Positions 49,498 through 60,868 of a DNA stretch of 64,000 bases are shown piece by piece (the first letter of the stretch is position 1; each line of letters begins with the position of its first letter). This DNA is from Escherichia phage vB_EcoM_Lutter. The stretch lies in sequence record NC_054924.1; one strand, written 5' to 3'. A program made the position numbers and the translations under genes. A model generated the notes under the pieces. That model saw nothing but the letters and a program-made list of their open reading frames with translations, ran no database searches and was not told the origin of the DNA.

Positions 49498-49728
49498 ATG
49501 TTACTAGGATTTAAACAATTTCTTTATGAAGCTTCTATTGATGAATTTATGGGTAAAATTGCCTCTTGTCAAACATTAGAAGGTTTAGAAGAACTTGAAG
49601 CTTATTATAAGAAAAGAGTCAAAGAAACTGAATTAAAAGATACTGATGACATCTCTGTAAGAGATGCTTTGGCAGGAAAAAGAGCTGAATTAGAAGATTC
49701 AGACGATGAAGTAGAAGAAAGCTTTTAA
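49498..49728 (+). CDS. uvsW.1: UvsW.1 small acidic protein
   Basis: 76 aa from the ATG at 49498 (GGAG SD; track start is TTG). Confidence 0.75.
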   Translation: MLLGFKQFLYEASIDEFMGKIASCQTLEGLEELEAYYKKRVKETELKDTDDISVRDALAGKRAELEDSDDEVEESF

Positions 49729-49783
49729 ATTAAAAAAGGCCCAACCAAAAAGGAAGGGCCAAAACTATAGACTAAAGGTCACA

Positions 49784-49951
49784 CTATAGCAAAAGTTGTG
49801 TTTCATTTAATTGTTCTTCCGAACTTTCTGAAACTGGTAGTTCTTTAATGTAATTATAGCAAGGCCCAGGATGTACAGGACCTTTGTCTGTTTCAACAAC
49901 CAATGCAGAATCGATTGGAGTTTTACAGACAACACAAATCTTATCTGACAT
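49784..49951 (-). CDS. Small Cys-containing protein (uvsY.-2-like), absent from the ORF track
   Basis: ATG at 49951; MSDKICVVCKTPIDSALVVETDKGPVHPGPCYNYIKELPVSESSEEQLNETQLLL (55 aa). Confidence 0.5.
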   Translation of the reverse strand: MSDKICVVCKTPIDSALVVETDKGPVHPGPCYNYIKELPVSESSEEQLNETQLLL

Positions 49952-49979
49952 GATTGTCTCCTCTGAATTATATATCTAT

Positions 49980-50204
49980 TTATACAACTCTCATATGCAT
50001 ATCAATGCCCATATCTTTAGAATAAAAATATTCATCAAGATATCCGGCAAATTTTCCTTTAATATAAAGGACATCTTCACCACACGGGTGGTCGGCCAGG
50101 ATACGAATATCCTGACGCTTAAGATTATGCTTTTTCATTAAGAATTGAATTTCCGTTTCAAATTCTTCTTCATAATTAAAAGCATCATCAATGCTATATC
50201 TCAT
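49980..50204 (-). CDS. Hypothetical protein (uvsY.-1-like)
   Basis: 74 aa ORF; ATGA overlap with the uvsY stop. Confidence 0.65.
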   Translation of the reverse strand: MRYSIDDAFNYEEEFETEIQFLMKKHNLKRQDIRILADHPCGEDVLYIKGKFAGYLDEYFYSKDMGIDMHMRVV

Positions 50205-50617
50205 TATTTTCCAGCCTCAAATGCTCGCATGTCTTGAATATGCTTAATAGCAAATCCGCGTGATTTAATAGCATCAAGAGCTCCGCTACAGAAATCCAAT
50301 AAAATTCCCCAATATTGCAATGAAGTATCAACCTTTAAAACATCCTTATCAGCTGATAGAACTGTCTTCATTTCTGATTTCTCGTAACGATCCATACTAA
50401 ATTCATCACCATCTCCTCGTCCCGAGTAGTAGTCTAATCTAGCTTTAAGAGCAACTTTTTTCTGTGCGTCAATTCTAAGCATTTCCTTTTTAATACTTGA
50501 ATGCTTATTAAGCCATTTACTATATAACATCACATTATTAGCTGCTTCATACTGTAATTTAGTCGAATCTATAAACACATCTTTCTTCAATTCTTCTTGA
50601 AGATCTTCTAATCTCAT
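50204..50617 (-). CDS. uvsY: UvsY recombination mediator
   Basis: 137 aa; MRLEDLQEELKKDVFIDSTKLQYEAANNVMLYSKWLNKH... Confidence 0.95.
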   Translation of the reverse strand: MRLEDLQEELKKDVFIDSTKLQYEAANNVMLYSKWLNKHSSIKKEMLRIDAQKKVALKARLDYYSGRGDGDEFSMDRYEKSEMKTVLSADKDVLKVDTSLQYWGILLDFCSGALDAIKSRGFAIKHIQDMRAFEAGK

Positions 50618-50683
50618 ATTGTTCTCTATTCAATTGTTATTGGATGGACTTAGATTCATTATACCACGTTTTAACGTGAAGCA

Positions 50684-51082
50684 TTATACCCTATTACTCG
50701 AAGCCAGTTGCAGTTTTATCTGCTCAATATCATCAGGGTTATCGATGACCGAAAAGCGTATTTCTACTATCAGAGTATAATCATCATAAACTGGTATCAC
50801 ATTAACTGATAATTTATCAATACGTGGCTCATAGTTTCTTACTGCGCTTTCAATATTGCGCTCAACTGTGTCAGCAGTAAGAGGAGTCATATTTTCAAAA
50901 AGCTGGTCTGATAAATCACATCCAAATTCAGGGTCAAACGGTCTTGAACCTTTTCTTGTTGTAATAATTCCCAAAAGACTGTTTTTAATTGACCTTAATC
51001 CAAGTGATCTGGAAACATCTTTGTTCCAATCCATTTTCATTTCCGGGTCAATATCAGAATAAAGCTTATTAATATTTGCCAT
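50684..51082 (-). CDS. 25: Baseplate wedge protein gp25
   Basis: 132 aa; synteny uvsY-25-26. Confidence 0.9.
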   Translation of the reverse strand: MANINKLYSDIDPEMKMDWNKDVSRSLGLRSIKNSLLGIITTRKGSRPFDPEFGCDLSDQLFENMTPLTADTVERNIESAVRNYEPRIDKLSVNVIPVYDDYTLIVEIRFSVIDNPDDIEQIKLQLASSNRV

Positions 51083-51708
51083 TATAGTAACTCAAAGAAC
51101 TCTTTGAGGCCTCTTATTACGTGAGCATGGGTTTTTCCACACTCTGGACACTTAATTGGAACAGCCAAATAAACGGTAGGTTTTAAAAGCATATCTTTTA
51201 TAGCTACAATATCTGACTCTGTGATGATAGAATATAAATCTTCTAGTTCCTTTTCATTTAAGTCTTCAACTGGAATGCTTTCCCCGTTAGCATGAATCGT
51301 TTCTATGCATGATACTATCATGTGGGCTATATTTTTATCATCAAAAATTTTAGGGTATCGGAATTTAATTTTAATGTCACCCAGTGTATACCAGAGGTCT
51401 TCTGATGCATCTATTTGTGTATGTAATAGATTTATATGGGTTGGTATTTCAGTTCCACAGGTGCACTTCCAGGAGTTTTCGTGATTAACTTCGCCGAGAG
51501 AATGTGCCCATAAATGAATCAGCAGTAGTTCTGATTCTTGGCGGTTTAAATCTTTTGCATTTGTGCAGTCTTTGATTAGCTTTTTAACAATTACTTCTAC
51601 GGAACCATTATTTTTGGCAGTAATAAGTTCTAGATATTCTTTAAGCGTGAATGCGCGACAATTGATTATTTTAGAACCAACTCTCACATCAAATTTGTAT
51701 TCATACAT
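51082..51708 (-). CDS. 26: Baseplate hub protein gp26
   Basis: 208 aa; synteny. Confidence 0.85.
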   Translation of the reverse strand: MYEYKFDVRVGSKIINCRAFTLKEYLELITAKNNGSVEVIVKKLIKDCTNAKDLNRQESELLLIHLWAHSLGEVNHENSWKCTCGTEIPTHINLLHTQIDASEDLWYTLGDIKIKFRYPKIFDDKNIAHMIVSCIETIHANGESIPVEDLNEKELEDLYSIITESDIVAIKDMLLKPTVYLAVPIKCPECGKTHAHVIRGLKEFFELL

Positions 51709-51729
51709 ATTTAGCTCCTTTATTTATCA

Positions 51730-51741
51730 TATTTATAAATA
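51730..51741. promoter_or_regulatory. Overlapping divergent late promoters for 26 and 51
   Basis: Palindrome tatttataaata: TATAAATA reads on plus (51734-51741) toward 51 and on minus (51730-51737) toward 26. Confidence 0.6.
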
Positions 51742-51758
51742 GAATAAAAGGAGCATCT

Positions 51759-52508
51759 ATGGCAAACATTATTCGTTGTAAATTACCAGATGGTGTTCAT
51801 CGTTTTAAACCATTTACGGTAGAAGATTATCGAGATTTTTTGTTAGTTCGAAACGATATAGAACATCGGTCACCACAAGAACAAAAAGAAATAATTACTG
51901 ATTTAATTGATGATTATTTTGGAGACTATCCGAAGACTTGGCAACCATTTATATTTTTGCAGGTATTTGTAGGGTCAATAGGTAAAACAAAAGTACCAGT
52001 CACATTTGTATGTCCAAAATGTAAAAAAGAAAAGACAGTTCCATTTGAAATATATCAAAAAGAATTAAAGGAACCTGTTTTTGATGTAGCTAATGTTAAA
52101 ATTAAATTAAAGTTTCCTTCTGAGTTTTATGAAAATAAAGCAAAGATGATTACTGAAAATATTCATTCTGTTCAAGTAGATGAAATATGGTATGATTGGA
52201 AGGAAATTAGTGAATCAAGCCAAATAGAACTTGTTGACGCCATCGAGATAGAAACATTAGAAAAAATTCTCGATGCAATGAATCCTATTAATTTAACTCT
52301 ACATATGTCATGCTGTAATAAGTACATTAAAAAATACACTGATATAGTAGATGTGTTTAAGCTATTAGTTAACCCAGATGAAATATTTACTTTTTATCAA
52401 ATTAATCACACACTCGTAAAAAGTAATTATAGCTTAAATTCAATAATGAAAATGATTCCTGCCGAGCGCGGATTCGTATTAAAACTGATTGAGAAGGATA
52501 AACAATAA
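51759..52508 (+). CDS. 51: Baseplate hub assembly protein gp51
   Basis: 249 aa; synteny. Confidence 0.85.
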   Translation: MANIIRCKLPDGVHRFKPFTVEDYRDFLLVRNDIEHRSPQEQKEIITDLIDDYFGDYPKTWQPFIFLQVFVGSIGKTKVPVTFVCPKCKKEKTVPFEIYQKELKEPVFDVANVKIKLKFPSEFYENKAKMITENIHSVQVDEIWYDWKEISESSQIELVDAIEIETLEKILDAMNPINLTLHMSCCNKYIKKYTDIVDVFKLLVNPDEIFTFYQINHTLVKSNYSLNSIMKMIPAERGFVLKLIEKDKQ

Positions 52509-53683
52509 TGAGTATGTTGCAACGCCCCGGATATCCAAATCTCAGCGTTAAATTATTTGATAGCTACGACGCTTGGAGTAATAATAGATTTGTTGAATTA
52601 GCTGCTACTATTACCACATTAACTATGCGGGATTCTCTTTATGGCCGAAATGAAGGGATGCTGCAGTTTTATGATTCTAAAAATATCCATACAAAAATGG
52701 ATGGAAATGAAATAATTCAGATTTCTGTAGCTAATGCAAACGATATTAATAATGTTAAAACACGAATTTATGGATGTAAGCATTTTTCCGTGTCAGTAGA
52801 TTCAAAAGGTGATAACATCATTGCTATTGAATTGGGAACTATTCATTCTATAGAAAATCTTAAATTTGGTAGACCATTTTTCCCTGATGCAGGTGAATCT
52901 ATAAAAGAAATGCTTGGCGTCATTTATCAGGATCGCACATTATTAACTCCAGCAATAAATGCTATAAATGCTTATGTTCCTGATATTCCATGGACTAGCA
53001 CATTTGAAAACTATTTGTCATATGTAAGAGAAGTTGCTCTAGCTGTAGGAAGCGACAAATTTGTATTTGTGTGGCAAGACATCATGGGAGTTAACATGAT
53101 GGACTATGATATGATGATAAATCAAGAACCATATCCAATGATTGTCGGTGAGCCATCTTTAATAGGTCAATTCATCCAAGAATTAAAATATCCATTAGCA
53201 TATGATTTCGTTTGGTTGACTAAATCGAATCCTCACAAACGTGACCCAATGAAAAATGCTACTATCTATGCTCATTCATTTTTAGATTCTTCATTGCCAA
53301 TGATTACTACAGGAAAGGGTGAAAACTCTATTGTAGTGTCAAGGTCAGGTGCTTATTCTGAAATGACTTATAGGAATGGATATGAAGAAGCTATTCGTCT
53401 TCAAACTATGGCACAATATGACGGTTATGCTAAATGTTCTACTGTCGGTAATTTTAACTTGACTCCTGGTGTTAAAATTATTTTTAATGATAGTAAAAAT
53501 CAATTTAAAACCGAATTTTACGTTGATGAAGTTATCCACGAATTATCAAATAATAATTCCGTAACTCATCTATATATGTTCACTAATGCAACGAAACTGG
53601 AAACAATAGACCCAGTTAAGGTTAAAAATGAATTTAAATCTGATACTACCACTGAAGAAAGTAGTTCTTCCAATAAGCAATAA
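52508..53683 (+). CDS. 27: Baseplate hub protein gp27
   Basis: 391 aa; synteny. Confidence 0.9.
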   Translation: MSMLQRPGYPNLSVKLFDSYDAWSNNRFVELAATITTLTMRDSLYGRNEGMLQFYDSKNIHTKMDGNEIIQISVANANDINNVKTRIYGCKHFSVSVDSKGDNIIAIELGTIHSIENLKFGRPFFPDAGESIKEMLGVIYQDRTLLTPAINAINAYVPDIPWTSTFENYLSYVREVALAVGSDKFVFVWQDIMGVNMMDYDMMINQEPYPMIVGEPSLIGQFIQELKYPLAYDFVWLTKSNPHKRDPMKNATIYAHSFLDSSLPMITTGKGENSIVVSRSGAYSEMTYRNGYEEAIRLQTMAQYDGYAKCSTVGNFNLTPGVKIIFNDSKNQFKTEFYVDEVIHELSNNNSVTHLYMFTNATKLETIDPVKVKNEFKSDTTTEESSSSNKQ

Positions 53684-54161
53684 AGAAGTTTCTATTCCTA
53701 AAATGGGTCTTAAACATTATAACATTTTAAAGGATGTTAAAGGTCCTGATGAAAATTTAAAACTTCTTATTGATTCTATTTGTCCGAATTTATCACCGGC
53801 AGAAGTTGATTTCGTTTCTATTCATTTATTGGAATTTAATGGAAAGATTAAATCTCGTAAAGAAATAGATGGCTATACTTATGACATTAATGATGTCTAT
53901 GTATGCCAAAGATTAGAATTTCAATACCAAGGAAATACATTTTATTTTAGACCTCCTGGAAAATTTGAACAATTTTTAACGGTGAGCGATATGTTATCTA
54001 AATGCTTGCTTAAGGTCAATGATGAAGTTAAAGAAATTAATTTTCTTGAGATGCCAGCATTCGTTTTAAAATGGGCAAATGATATTTTTACAACTTTAGC
54101 AATTCCTGGCCCTAATGGTCCAATAACTGGAATTGGCAATATTATTGGATTATTTGAATGA
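53628..54161 (+). CDS. 28: Baseplate hub distal protein gp28
   Basis: 177 aa; overlaps the 3' end of 27. Confidence 0.85.
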   Translation: MNLNLILPLKKVVLPISNKEVSIPKMGLKHYNILKDVKGPDENLKLLIDSICPNLSPAEVDFVSIHLLEFNGKIKSRKEIDGYTYDINDVYVCQRLEFQYQGNTFYFRPPGKFEQFLTVSDMLSKCLLKVNDEVKEINFLEMPAFVLKWANDIFTTLAIPGPNGPITGIGNIIGLFE

Positions 54162-55930
54162 AAAAGCCACAAGAAATGCAAACGATGCGTAGAAAAGTTA
54201 TTTCAGATAATAAACCAACACAGGAAGCGGCTAAATCCGCTTCTAATACTTTATCTGGACTTAATGATATATCTACGAAATTGGATGATGCTCAAGCTGC
54301 CTCTGAATTAATAGCTCAAACTGTCGAAGAAAAATCGAATGAAATAATTGGAGCAATTGATAACGTAGAAAGCGCAGTGAGTGATACTACTGCTGGTTCT
54401 GAGTTAATTGCTGAAACTGTCGAAATTGGCAACAATATTAATAAAGAAATCGGTGAATCACTCGGAAGCAAATTAGATAAATTAACAAGTTTACTAGAGC
54501 AAAAAATTCAGACAGCTGGAATTCAACAGACGGGAACTAGTTTAGCCACGGTTGAAAGCGCTATTCCTGTTAAAGTCGTTGAGGATGATACTGCCGAATC
54601 TGTGGGTCCTTTATTACCAGCTCCCGAAGCAGTTAATAATGATCCTGACGCTGATTTTTTCCCTACCCCTCAACCAGTTGAACCCAAACAAGAATCACCA
54701 GAAGAAAAACAGAAAAAAGAAGCATTTAACTTAAAATTATCTCAAGCTTTAGATAAATTAACAAAGACAGTTGATTTTGGATTTAAGAAATCCATTTCAA
54801 TTACTGATAAAATATCAAGCATGCTATTTAAGTACACCGTCAGTGCTGCTATTGAAGCTGCTAAAATGACTGCAATGATATTGGCTGTTGTTGTTGGAAT
54901 AGACCTTTTGATGGTTCACTTTAAATATTGGTCAGATAAATTTTCGCAGGCTTGGGATTTGTTTAGTACAGACTTTACTAAATTCTCTAGCGAAACCGGA
55001 ACATGGGGTCCTTTATTACAGAGCATCTTTAGTTCTATTGATGAAATTAAAAAGTTCTGGGAAGCGGGAGATTGGGGTGGATTAACAGTAGCTATTGTTG
55101 AAGGGCTTGGAAAGGTTCTTTTTAATTTAGGTGAACTTATTCAGCTTGGAATGGCTAAATTATCTGCTGCAATTCTTCGAGTCATTCCTGGCATGAAGGA
55201 TACTGCTGATGAAGTAGAAGGAAGAGCACTAGAAAATTTCCAAAATTCTACTGGAGCATCTCTCAATAAAGAAGACCAGGAAAAAGTTGCAAATTATCAA
55301 GATAAACGAATGAATGGAGACCTTGGTCCGATAGCAAAAGGATTAGATAAAATTGCTAATTGGAAAACTCGTGCATCTAATTGGATTCGTGGGGTTGATA
55401 ATAAAGAAGCACTGACTACCGACGAAGAACGTGCAGCAGAAGAAGAAAAATTAAAGCAACTTTCGCCTGAAGAAAGAAAAAATGCTTTAATGAAGGCTAA
55501 TGAAGCCCGTGCCGCAATGATTCGCTTTGAAAAATATGCTGATTCAGCTGATATGAGTAAAGACTCAACGGTTAAATCAGTTGAATCTGCCTATGAAGAC
55601 CTTAAAAAACGGATGGATGACCCGGATTTAAACAATTCACCGGCAGTTAAAAAAGAACTTGCTGCTAGATTTTCTAAAATTGATGCTACTTATCAAGAGC
55701 TCAAGAAAAATCAGCCTAATGCCAAACCTGAAACTTCTGCTAAATCGCCAGAAGCGAAACAGGTCCAGGTTATTGAAAAGAACAAAGCACAGCAAGCTCC
55801 TGTTCAGCAAGCATCTCCTTCAATCAATAATACTAATAATGTTATTAAGAAAAATACTGTCGTTCATAATATGACACCCGTAACGAGCACGACTGCTCCT
55901 GGTGTATTTGATGCGACTGGAGTTAATTAA
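54158..55930 (+). CDS. 29: Baseplate hub / tail-length tape-measure protein gp29
   Basis: 590 aa; synteny. Confidence 0.9.
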   Translation: MKKPQEMQTMRRKVISDNKPTQEAAKSASNTLSGLNDISTKLDDAQAASELIAQTVEEKSNEIIGAIDNVESAVSDTTAGSELIAETVEIGNNINKEIGESLGSKLDKLTSLLEQKIQTAGIQQTGTSLATVESAIPVKVVEDDTAESVGPLLPAPEAVNNDPDADFFPTPQPVEPKQESPEEKQKKEAFNLKLSQALDKLTKTVDFGFKKSISITDKISSMLFKYTVSAAIEAAKMTAMILAVVVGIDLLMVHFKYWSDKFSQAWDLFSTDFTKFSSETGTWGPLLQSIFSSIDEIKKFWEAGDWGGLTVAIVEGLGKVLFNLGELIQLGMAKLSAAILRVIPGMKDTADEVEGRALENFQNSTGASLNKEDQEKVANYQDKRMNGDLGPIAKGLDKIANWKTRASNWIRGVDNKEALTTDEERAAEEEKLKQLSPEERKNALMKANEARAAMIRFEKYADSADMSKDSTVKSVESAYEDLKKRMDDPDLNNSPAVKKELAARFSKIDATYQELKKNQPNAKPETSAKSPEAKQVQVIEKNKAQQAPVQQASPSINNTNNVIKKNTVVHNMTPVTSTTAPGVFDATGVN

Positions 55931-55938
55931 GGAATAAT

Positions 55939-57033
55939 ATGGCAATTGTTAAAGAAATAACTACTGATTTAATTAAAAAGTCCGGTGAGAAAATTTCAGC
56001 CGGACAGAGCACTAAATCAGAAGTAGTAACTAAAACATACACTGCCCAGTTTCCAACTGGGCGTGCTAGTGGTAATGACACTACAGGGGACTTCCAGGTA
56101 ACAGATCTATATAAGAATGGATTATTATTTACTGCATACAATATGTCATCTAGGGATTCTGGAAGTCTTAGATCGATGAGATCTAACTACTCTTCTTCAT
56201 CTTCGAGTATTTTAAGTACAGCTAGAAACACTATTAGTAGTACAGTATCAAAACTATCAAATGGATTAATATCAAATAATAATTCAGGAACAATAAGTAA
56301 AGCTCCTGTCGCAAACATTCTTTTACCGAGATCTAAATCTGATGTTGACACATCATCACATAGATTTAATGATGTTCAAGAAAGCCTTATCAGTAGAGGC
56401 GGAGGTACTGCTACTGGTGTGCTAAGTAATGTTGCTTCAACTGCAGTATTTGGGGCACTGGAAAGTATAACACAAGGTATAATGGCTGATAATAATGAAC
56501 AGATTTATACGACAGCCAGAAGTATGTATGGTGGTGCTGAAAATAGAACTAAAGTGTTTACATGGGATTTGACTCCACGTTCAACAGAAGATTTAATGGC
56601 TATTATTAATATCTATCAATATTTTAACTATTTTTCTTATGGTGAAACAGGTAAATCTCAATACGCTGCTGAAATAAAGGGGTATTTAGATGATTGGTAT
56701 CGTTCTACGTTAATTGAACCTTTATCTCCGGAAGACGCAGCTAAAAATAAAACACTATTTGAGAAAATGACAGCAAGTTTAACGAACGTTCTTGTAGTTT
56801 CAAACCCGACAGTTTGGATGGTGAAAAACTTTGGTGCAACATCTAAGTTTGATGGAAAAACGGAAATATTTGGTCCATGCCAAATACAGAGCATTAGATT
56901 TGATAAAACACCTAATGGTAACTTTAACGGATTAGCTATTGCTCCAAACCTCCCTAGTACATTTACTCTCGAGATTACTATGAGAGAAATTATCACGTTA
57001 AACCGTGCTTCTTTATATGCGGGGGCTTTTTAA
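55939..57033 (+). CDS. 48: Baseplate tail-tube junction protein gp48
   Basis: 364 aa; synteny. Confidence 0.9.
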   Translation: MAIVKEITTDLIKKSGEKISAGQSTKSEVVTKTYTAQFPTGRASGNDTTGDFQVTDLYKNGLLFTAYNMSSRDSGSLRSMRSNYSSSSSSILSTARNTISSTVSKLSNGLISNNNSGTISKAPVANILLPRSKSDVDTSSHRFNDVQESLISRGGGTATGVLSNVASTAVFGALESITQGIMADNNEQIYTTARSMYGGAENRTKVFTWDLTPRSTEDLMAIINIYQYFNYFSYGETGKSQYAAEIKGYLDDWYRSTLIEPLSPEDAAKNKTLFEKMTASLTNVLVVSNPTVWMVKNFGATSKFDGKTEIFGPCQIQSIRFDKTPNGNFNGLAIAPNLPSTFTLEITMREIITLNRASLYAGAF

Positions 57034-57998
57034 TGTATTCTTTAGAGGAATTTAATAATCAAGCAATAAACGCAGATTTCCAACGTAATAATATGTTTAG
57101 CTGCGTTTTTGCAACAACTCCATCAACTAAAAGCTCTTCGTTGATAAGTTCAATTAGCAACTTTTCTTATAATAACTTGGGCCTAAATTCAAATTGGTTA
57201 GGATTAACTCAAGGTGATATTAATCAGGGAATTACCACGCTAATTACAGCTGGCACACAAAAACTAATAAGAAAATCAGGAGTCAGTAAATATCTTATTG
57301 GTGCCATGAGTCAACGTACTGTCCAGAGTTTATTAGGCTCATTTACAGTCGGTACATATTTAATCGATTTCTTTAATATGGCGTATAATTCATCTGGATT
57401 GATGATATATTCTGTAAAAATGCCAGAGAATAGATTATCTTATGAAACTGACTGGAACTATAATTCTCCTAATATTCGTATAACTGGGAGAGAATTAGAC
57501 CCTTTGGTTATTTCATTTAGAATGGATTCAGAAGCTTGTAACTATCGTGCAATGCAAGACTGGGTTAACTCTGTTCAAGACCCAGTAACTGGACTACGTG
57601 CTTTGCCGCAAGATGTCGAGGCAGATATTCAGGTTAATCTTCATTCTCGTAATGGATTGCCTCATACTGCGGTGATGTTCACCGGATGCATTCCAATATC
57701 AGTGAGCGCTCCTGAGTTATCATATGATGGAGATAACCAAATAACTACATTTGACGTTACTTTTGCGTATAGAGTGATGCAGGCTGGAGCAGTTGATAGG
57801 CAAGCTGCGCTTGAATGGCTTGAATCTGCTGCTATAAATGGTATTCAAAGCGTTCTCGGAAATAGTGGAGGTGTTACTGGACTATCTAATTCGCTTTCAC
57901 GACTCAGTAGATTAGGGGGAACTGCAGGAAGCATTTCAAACATTAATACTATGACAGGAATTGTCAATTCGCAAAGTAAAATATTAGGAGCAATATAA
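57033..57998 (+). CDS. 54: Baseplate tail-tube initiator gp54
   Basis: 321 aa; synteny. Confidence 0.9.
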   Translation: MYSLEEFNNQAINADFQRNNMFSCVFATTPSTKSSSLISSISNFSYNNLGLNSNWLGLTQGDINQGITTLITAGTQKLIRKSGVSKYLIGAMSQRTVQSLLGSFTVGTYLIDFFNMAYNSSGLMIYSVKMPENRLSYETDWNYNSPNIRITGRELDPLVISFRMDSEACNYRAMQDWVNSVQDPVTGLRALPQDVEADIQVNLHSRNGLPHTAVMFTGCIPISVSAPELSYDGDNQITTFDVTFAYRVMQAGAVDRQAALEWLESAAINGIQSVLGNSGGVTGLSNSLSRLSRLGGTAGSISNINTMTGIVNSQSKILGAI

Positions 57999-58002
57999 CA
58001 AC

Positions 58003-58020
58003 GGGGACCTTTCGGTCCCC
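58003..58020. terminator. Bidirectional intrinsic terminator after 54
   Basis: ggggacctttcggtcccc followed by a T-rich run. Confidence 0.6.
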
Positions 58021-58026
58021 ATATTT

Positions 58027-58317
58027 TTATTTGCGGAATGAAATGAAAGCAGAAACTGAAGCAACTAAACTGTCTTCAATATAAACTTCAATTTTTACCG
58101 GAGCTTCTGACTCAAATTTACCTGTTACTACACCCTGAAAAATACTTTCAGTCTGTTCTGGCTTTGAAAAATTTTCAGAAGGAAAAATTCCGAACTTTTT
58201 ATCTGTTCCGAAAATTTTGATAAATTCATCATAAACTGCTTCGTTAAAAGCATTATCAGCAGGAATAACGCCTTCAACTACAAGTTCTTGACCTAAAAAG
58301 CGTAAAGAAGATTTCAT
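58027..58317 (-). CDS. Hypothetical protein (alt.-3 region)
   Basis: 96 aa ORF with ATG start. Confidence 0.55.
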   Translation of the reverse strand: MKSSLRFLGQELVVEGVIPADNAFNEAVYDEFIKIFGTDKKFGIFPSENFSKPEQTESIFQGVVTGKFESEAPVKIEVYIEDSLVASVSAFISFRK

Positions 58318-58349
58318 TTTGTGTTCCTCATGTTATGTCAGTAAGACTA

Positions 58350-58735
58350 CTATAACACAACACGAGGGACTTGTAAACTACATTTTGAACTTTTTAGTAC
58401 GCGTAATAGGCATGCGTCAATTTTATACTGTTTCATTGTTTGAAGAGCAGTATCAAAAACAGCATTAATGACGCCAATTGGATTTCCACCCAAGTTTTTA
58501 AGTTTAACTAATGATAGTTTCTCATTAACACCTATCATTACGATATGCATCATTTTGTCGCCTGGTTTAACGTTTTATCTGTATCACCGCCAGAGGTGTA
58601 TGTACAAAATCTAAATCCAGGAAGCACGCTTTCTTCGCCGGCTTGAATAGCAAAAATTTGTGGTATTTTATGCTTAGGATTTAAGTTAACAACCGGCGCC
58701 GAAGCGCCGTCAAATAATTATGTAATAAGTTCCAT
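58350..58735 (-). pseudogene. Degenerate tandem copy of the alt N-terminal region
   Basis: Begins 3 nt after the alt stop with ATGGAACTTATTACA (MELIT) then in-frame TAA; downstream LNPKHKIPQIF...FCTYTSGGDTDK and, after a frameshift, MMHIVMIGVNEKLSLVKLKNLGGNPIGVINAVFDTALQTMKQYKIDACLLRVLKS parallel alt residues ~1-130. Confidence 0.6.
58694..58709 (-). terminator. GC-rich stem-loop with UUCG tetraloop just downstream of alt
   Basis: cggcgccgaagcgccg; minus-strand RNA is CGGCGC-UUCG-GCGCCG; lies within the alt pseudo-copy at a position with no counterpart in alt. Confidence 0.45.
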
Positions 58736-58738
58736 GAT

Positions 58739-60835
58739 TTATCCTTGAACGAACTTGTAAGGCATGTTTGCAATATCTATGCAAGACGCAATAATTCCAA
58801 GAGATGATTCTACTTTCTGTTTAACATTTGATGAAACAAATGATGCAAAGTCAACTCTGTCTTCTATTTCAATATCACCTGTCATTGCAACCAATTCACC
58901 AGTTTCCATTAAATGGTCTCCATCATAGATTACCGATTCGGTGAGCTCTTCCGTGGTCATAACTTCAGCTTGAATGAGTTTTGTATTATTAGATGTTGTT
59001 CCGTCATTATTAGAAGCATCAGTTATTTTATTAACTTTGACCATCAATCCACGCGGTAGAATAACTTCAGCTTCTGTTGCTATTCCGAGACTTCCTGGAT
59101 ATACAACATTAACTTTATGAGCTCCATCAATTGCCCATCCTATTTGAACTTTAACGTATTCAGGATTTTCTTTATACGCTCTTATTTCGTTTGGATTAAT
59201 AGTTATTCCTTCTTCATTTTTATCAACTGTTAATTCATTGCGAGCTTCTGGTTCTAAAAGACCAATACCAGCATGTGTAATTCCAAAACGTCCAAAAATG
59301 ATAGGAGTTAAAGAAGTAGATACAAAATTTCTGAAATAGAATACTTTATTTTTAACTAGTGCTTCGTATATAGGAGCAGTCATACTTTGAGCACGATAAA
59401 CTGTAATGCCTTCTGGTATACGATCACCATTTTCAAAAGCAGAATCTAAATTAGTTATAGCAGCTTCAATTTCTTTTTCACTCATTACTTCATAACGTTC
59501 TGGATCATAACGACCCAAAAGAAGATTATTGATGTCAGTATATCCTGAACCGCAATACTCTCTAATGCCACGCTTTTGTGATGGAGTATATTTAGAACCA
59601 TCACGGGCAATAGTAATATCAATCATTGGACCTGCACCAATTCCAGAGAAACTATAAATCATTCTTTTGAGGAATTTAGTTTTTGTCGCGTTCCAGGAAT
59701 TTTTAGTTATTTCTTCCCAGACTTCATCTGGCTGTCCTTTACGGGTTTTATTATGTTTATCAAGCCAAGTATCTTTATATTCTTCAAATAATTGATTAAC
59801 AGCTGCTGCGTATTTCTCTAAACATTTTATTGAAGTAGTCGGTTCATTTTTAATCGCATTAAGAATTACATCTTTAATTTTTTCAGAAACTTCATTAACC
59901 TCACTTTTTGAAAAGAATTTATAGTCATAATGAAGTTCATCTGCAGTTCCTTCGGCAATGATTTTTGCTGCCTTAGTTTTAGAAGCTAATGAATTAATTC
60001 CAATTTTCATTTCTTCTGCTTCGGGAATTAAAGGTGCAGTAGCTGGTTTATTAAAATTAGCTGCTGTAGATTCATACTTCTGGAATAATTCACTTTCAAA
60101 TCTAGAAGACTCTAATGATTGACTTTGTGCAATTGCTCTACGGGAAATTTTAACTTTAACGATTACAGCTTGGTCAGAACGTTTATCATTTTCTTGTGCA
60201 ATAGATGCTGCAATTGCCTCATTTTTAGTTACTTGAGCTCCAGTATCTTTATTGATATAAACATCACCGACCTTCGATTCAACTTTAGTAAAGAGCTCAG
60301 TACTAATTTCCGGAACCCCTGGAATGTCTTCTAGTGATACATTTTTGCGATGTATAAGAATATATGCATACTTTTTATCATAATCCCAGAGTTCCTTAAG
60401 AAGGACGTATCTGCCACCTGAACGACTACGGATAAGTCTATCAGCAATAACTTGAATTTGTCGAGCTTGACCAGCAGTTTTAGACTTAAGAATACGGAGC
60501 ATACAGGCATCAATTTTATACTGACGCATTGTTTGCATTGCAACAGTAAAAACCGAATTGATATAATTAATTGGGCTTGGACCAAGACCTTTCAATTTAG
60601 CAATTGAACCTTTAGCGGTTAATGTAAAAGGAACAATATGCATCATTTTATCGCCCATCTTTAAATCGCGATTAGTATCACCTCCAGATGTATAGGTACA
60701 TAAACGAAAACCTGGTTGTTCAATTGCGTCATCAACATGAACTGAAAAAATTTGTGGTATTTTCTTCTTTGGATTTAAGTTTGTAATTGGAAGAGTAGTA
60801 TCTTCGTCAAATAATTCTGTAATTAGTTCCATCAT
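58739..60835 (-). CDS. alt: Alt-type ADP-ribosyltransferase (injected, modifies host RNA polymerase)
   Basis: 698 aa; size and position (between 54 and DNA ligase) as in T4; N-terminus MMELITELFDED. Confidence 0.85.
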   Translation of the reverse strand: MMELITELFDEDTTLPITNLNPKKKIPQIFSVHVDDAIEQPGFRLCTYTSGGDTNRDLKMGDKMMHIVPFTLTAKGSIAKLKGLGPSPINYINSVFTVAMQTMRQYKIDACMLRILKSKTAGQARQIQVIADRLIRSRSGGRYVLLKELWDYDKKYAYILIHRKNVSLEDIPGVPEISTELFTKVESKVGDVYINKDTGAQVTKNEAIAASIAQENDKRSDQAVIVKVKISRRAIAQSQSLESSRFESELFQKYESTAANFNKPATAPLIPEAEEMKIGINSLASKTKAAKIIAEGTADELHYDYKFFSKSEVNEVSEKIKDVILNAIKNEPTTSIKCLEKYAAAVNQLFEEYKDTWLDKHNKTRKGQPDEVWEEITKNSWNATKTKFLKRMIYSFSGIGAGPMIDITIARDGSKYTPSQKRGIREYCGSGYTDINNLLLGRYDPERYEVMSEKEIEAAITNLDSAFENGDRIPEGITVYRAQSMTAPIYEALVKNKVFYFRNFVSTSLTPIIFGRFGITHAGIGLLEPEARNELTVDKNEEGITINPNEIRAYKENPEYVKVQIGWAIDGAHKVNVVYPGSLGIATEAEVILPRGLMVKVNKITDASNNDGTTSNNTKLIQAEVMTTEELTESVIYDGDHLMETGELVAMTGDIEIEDRVDFASFVSSNVKQKVESSLGIIASCIDIANMPYKFVQG

Positions 60836-60868
60836 ATCCTCTCTAGTGTTTATTCTATTTATAAAATT

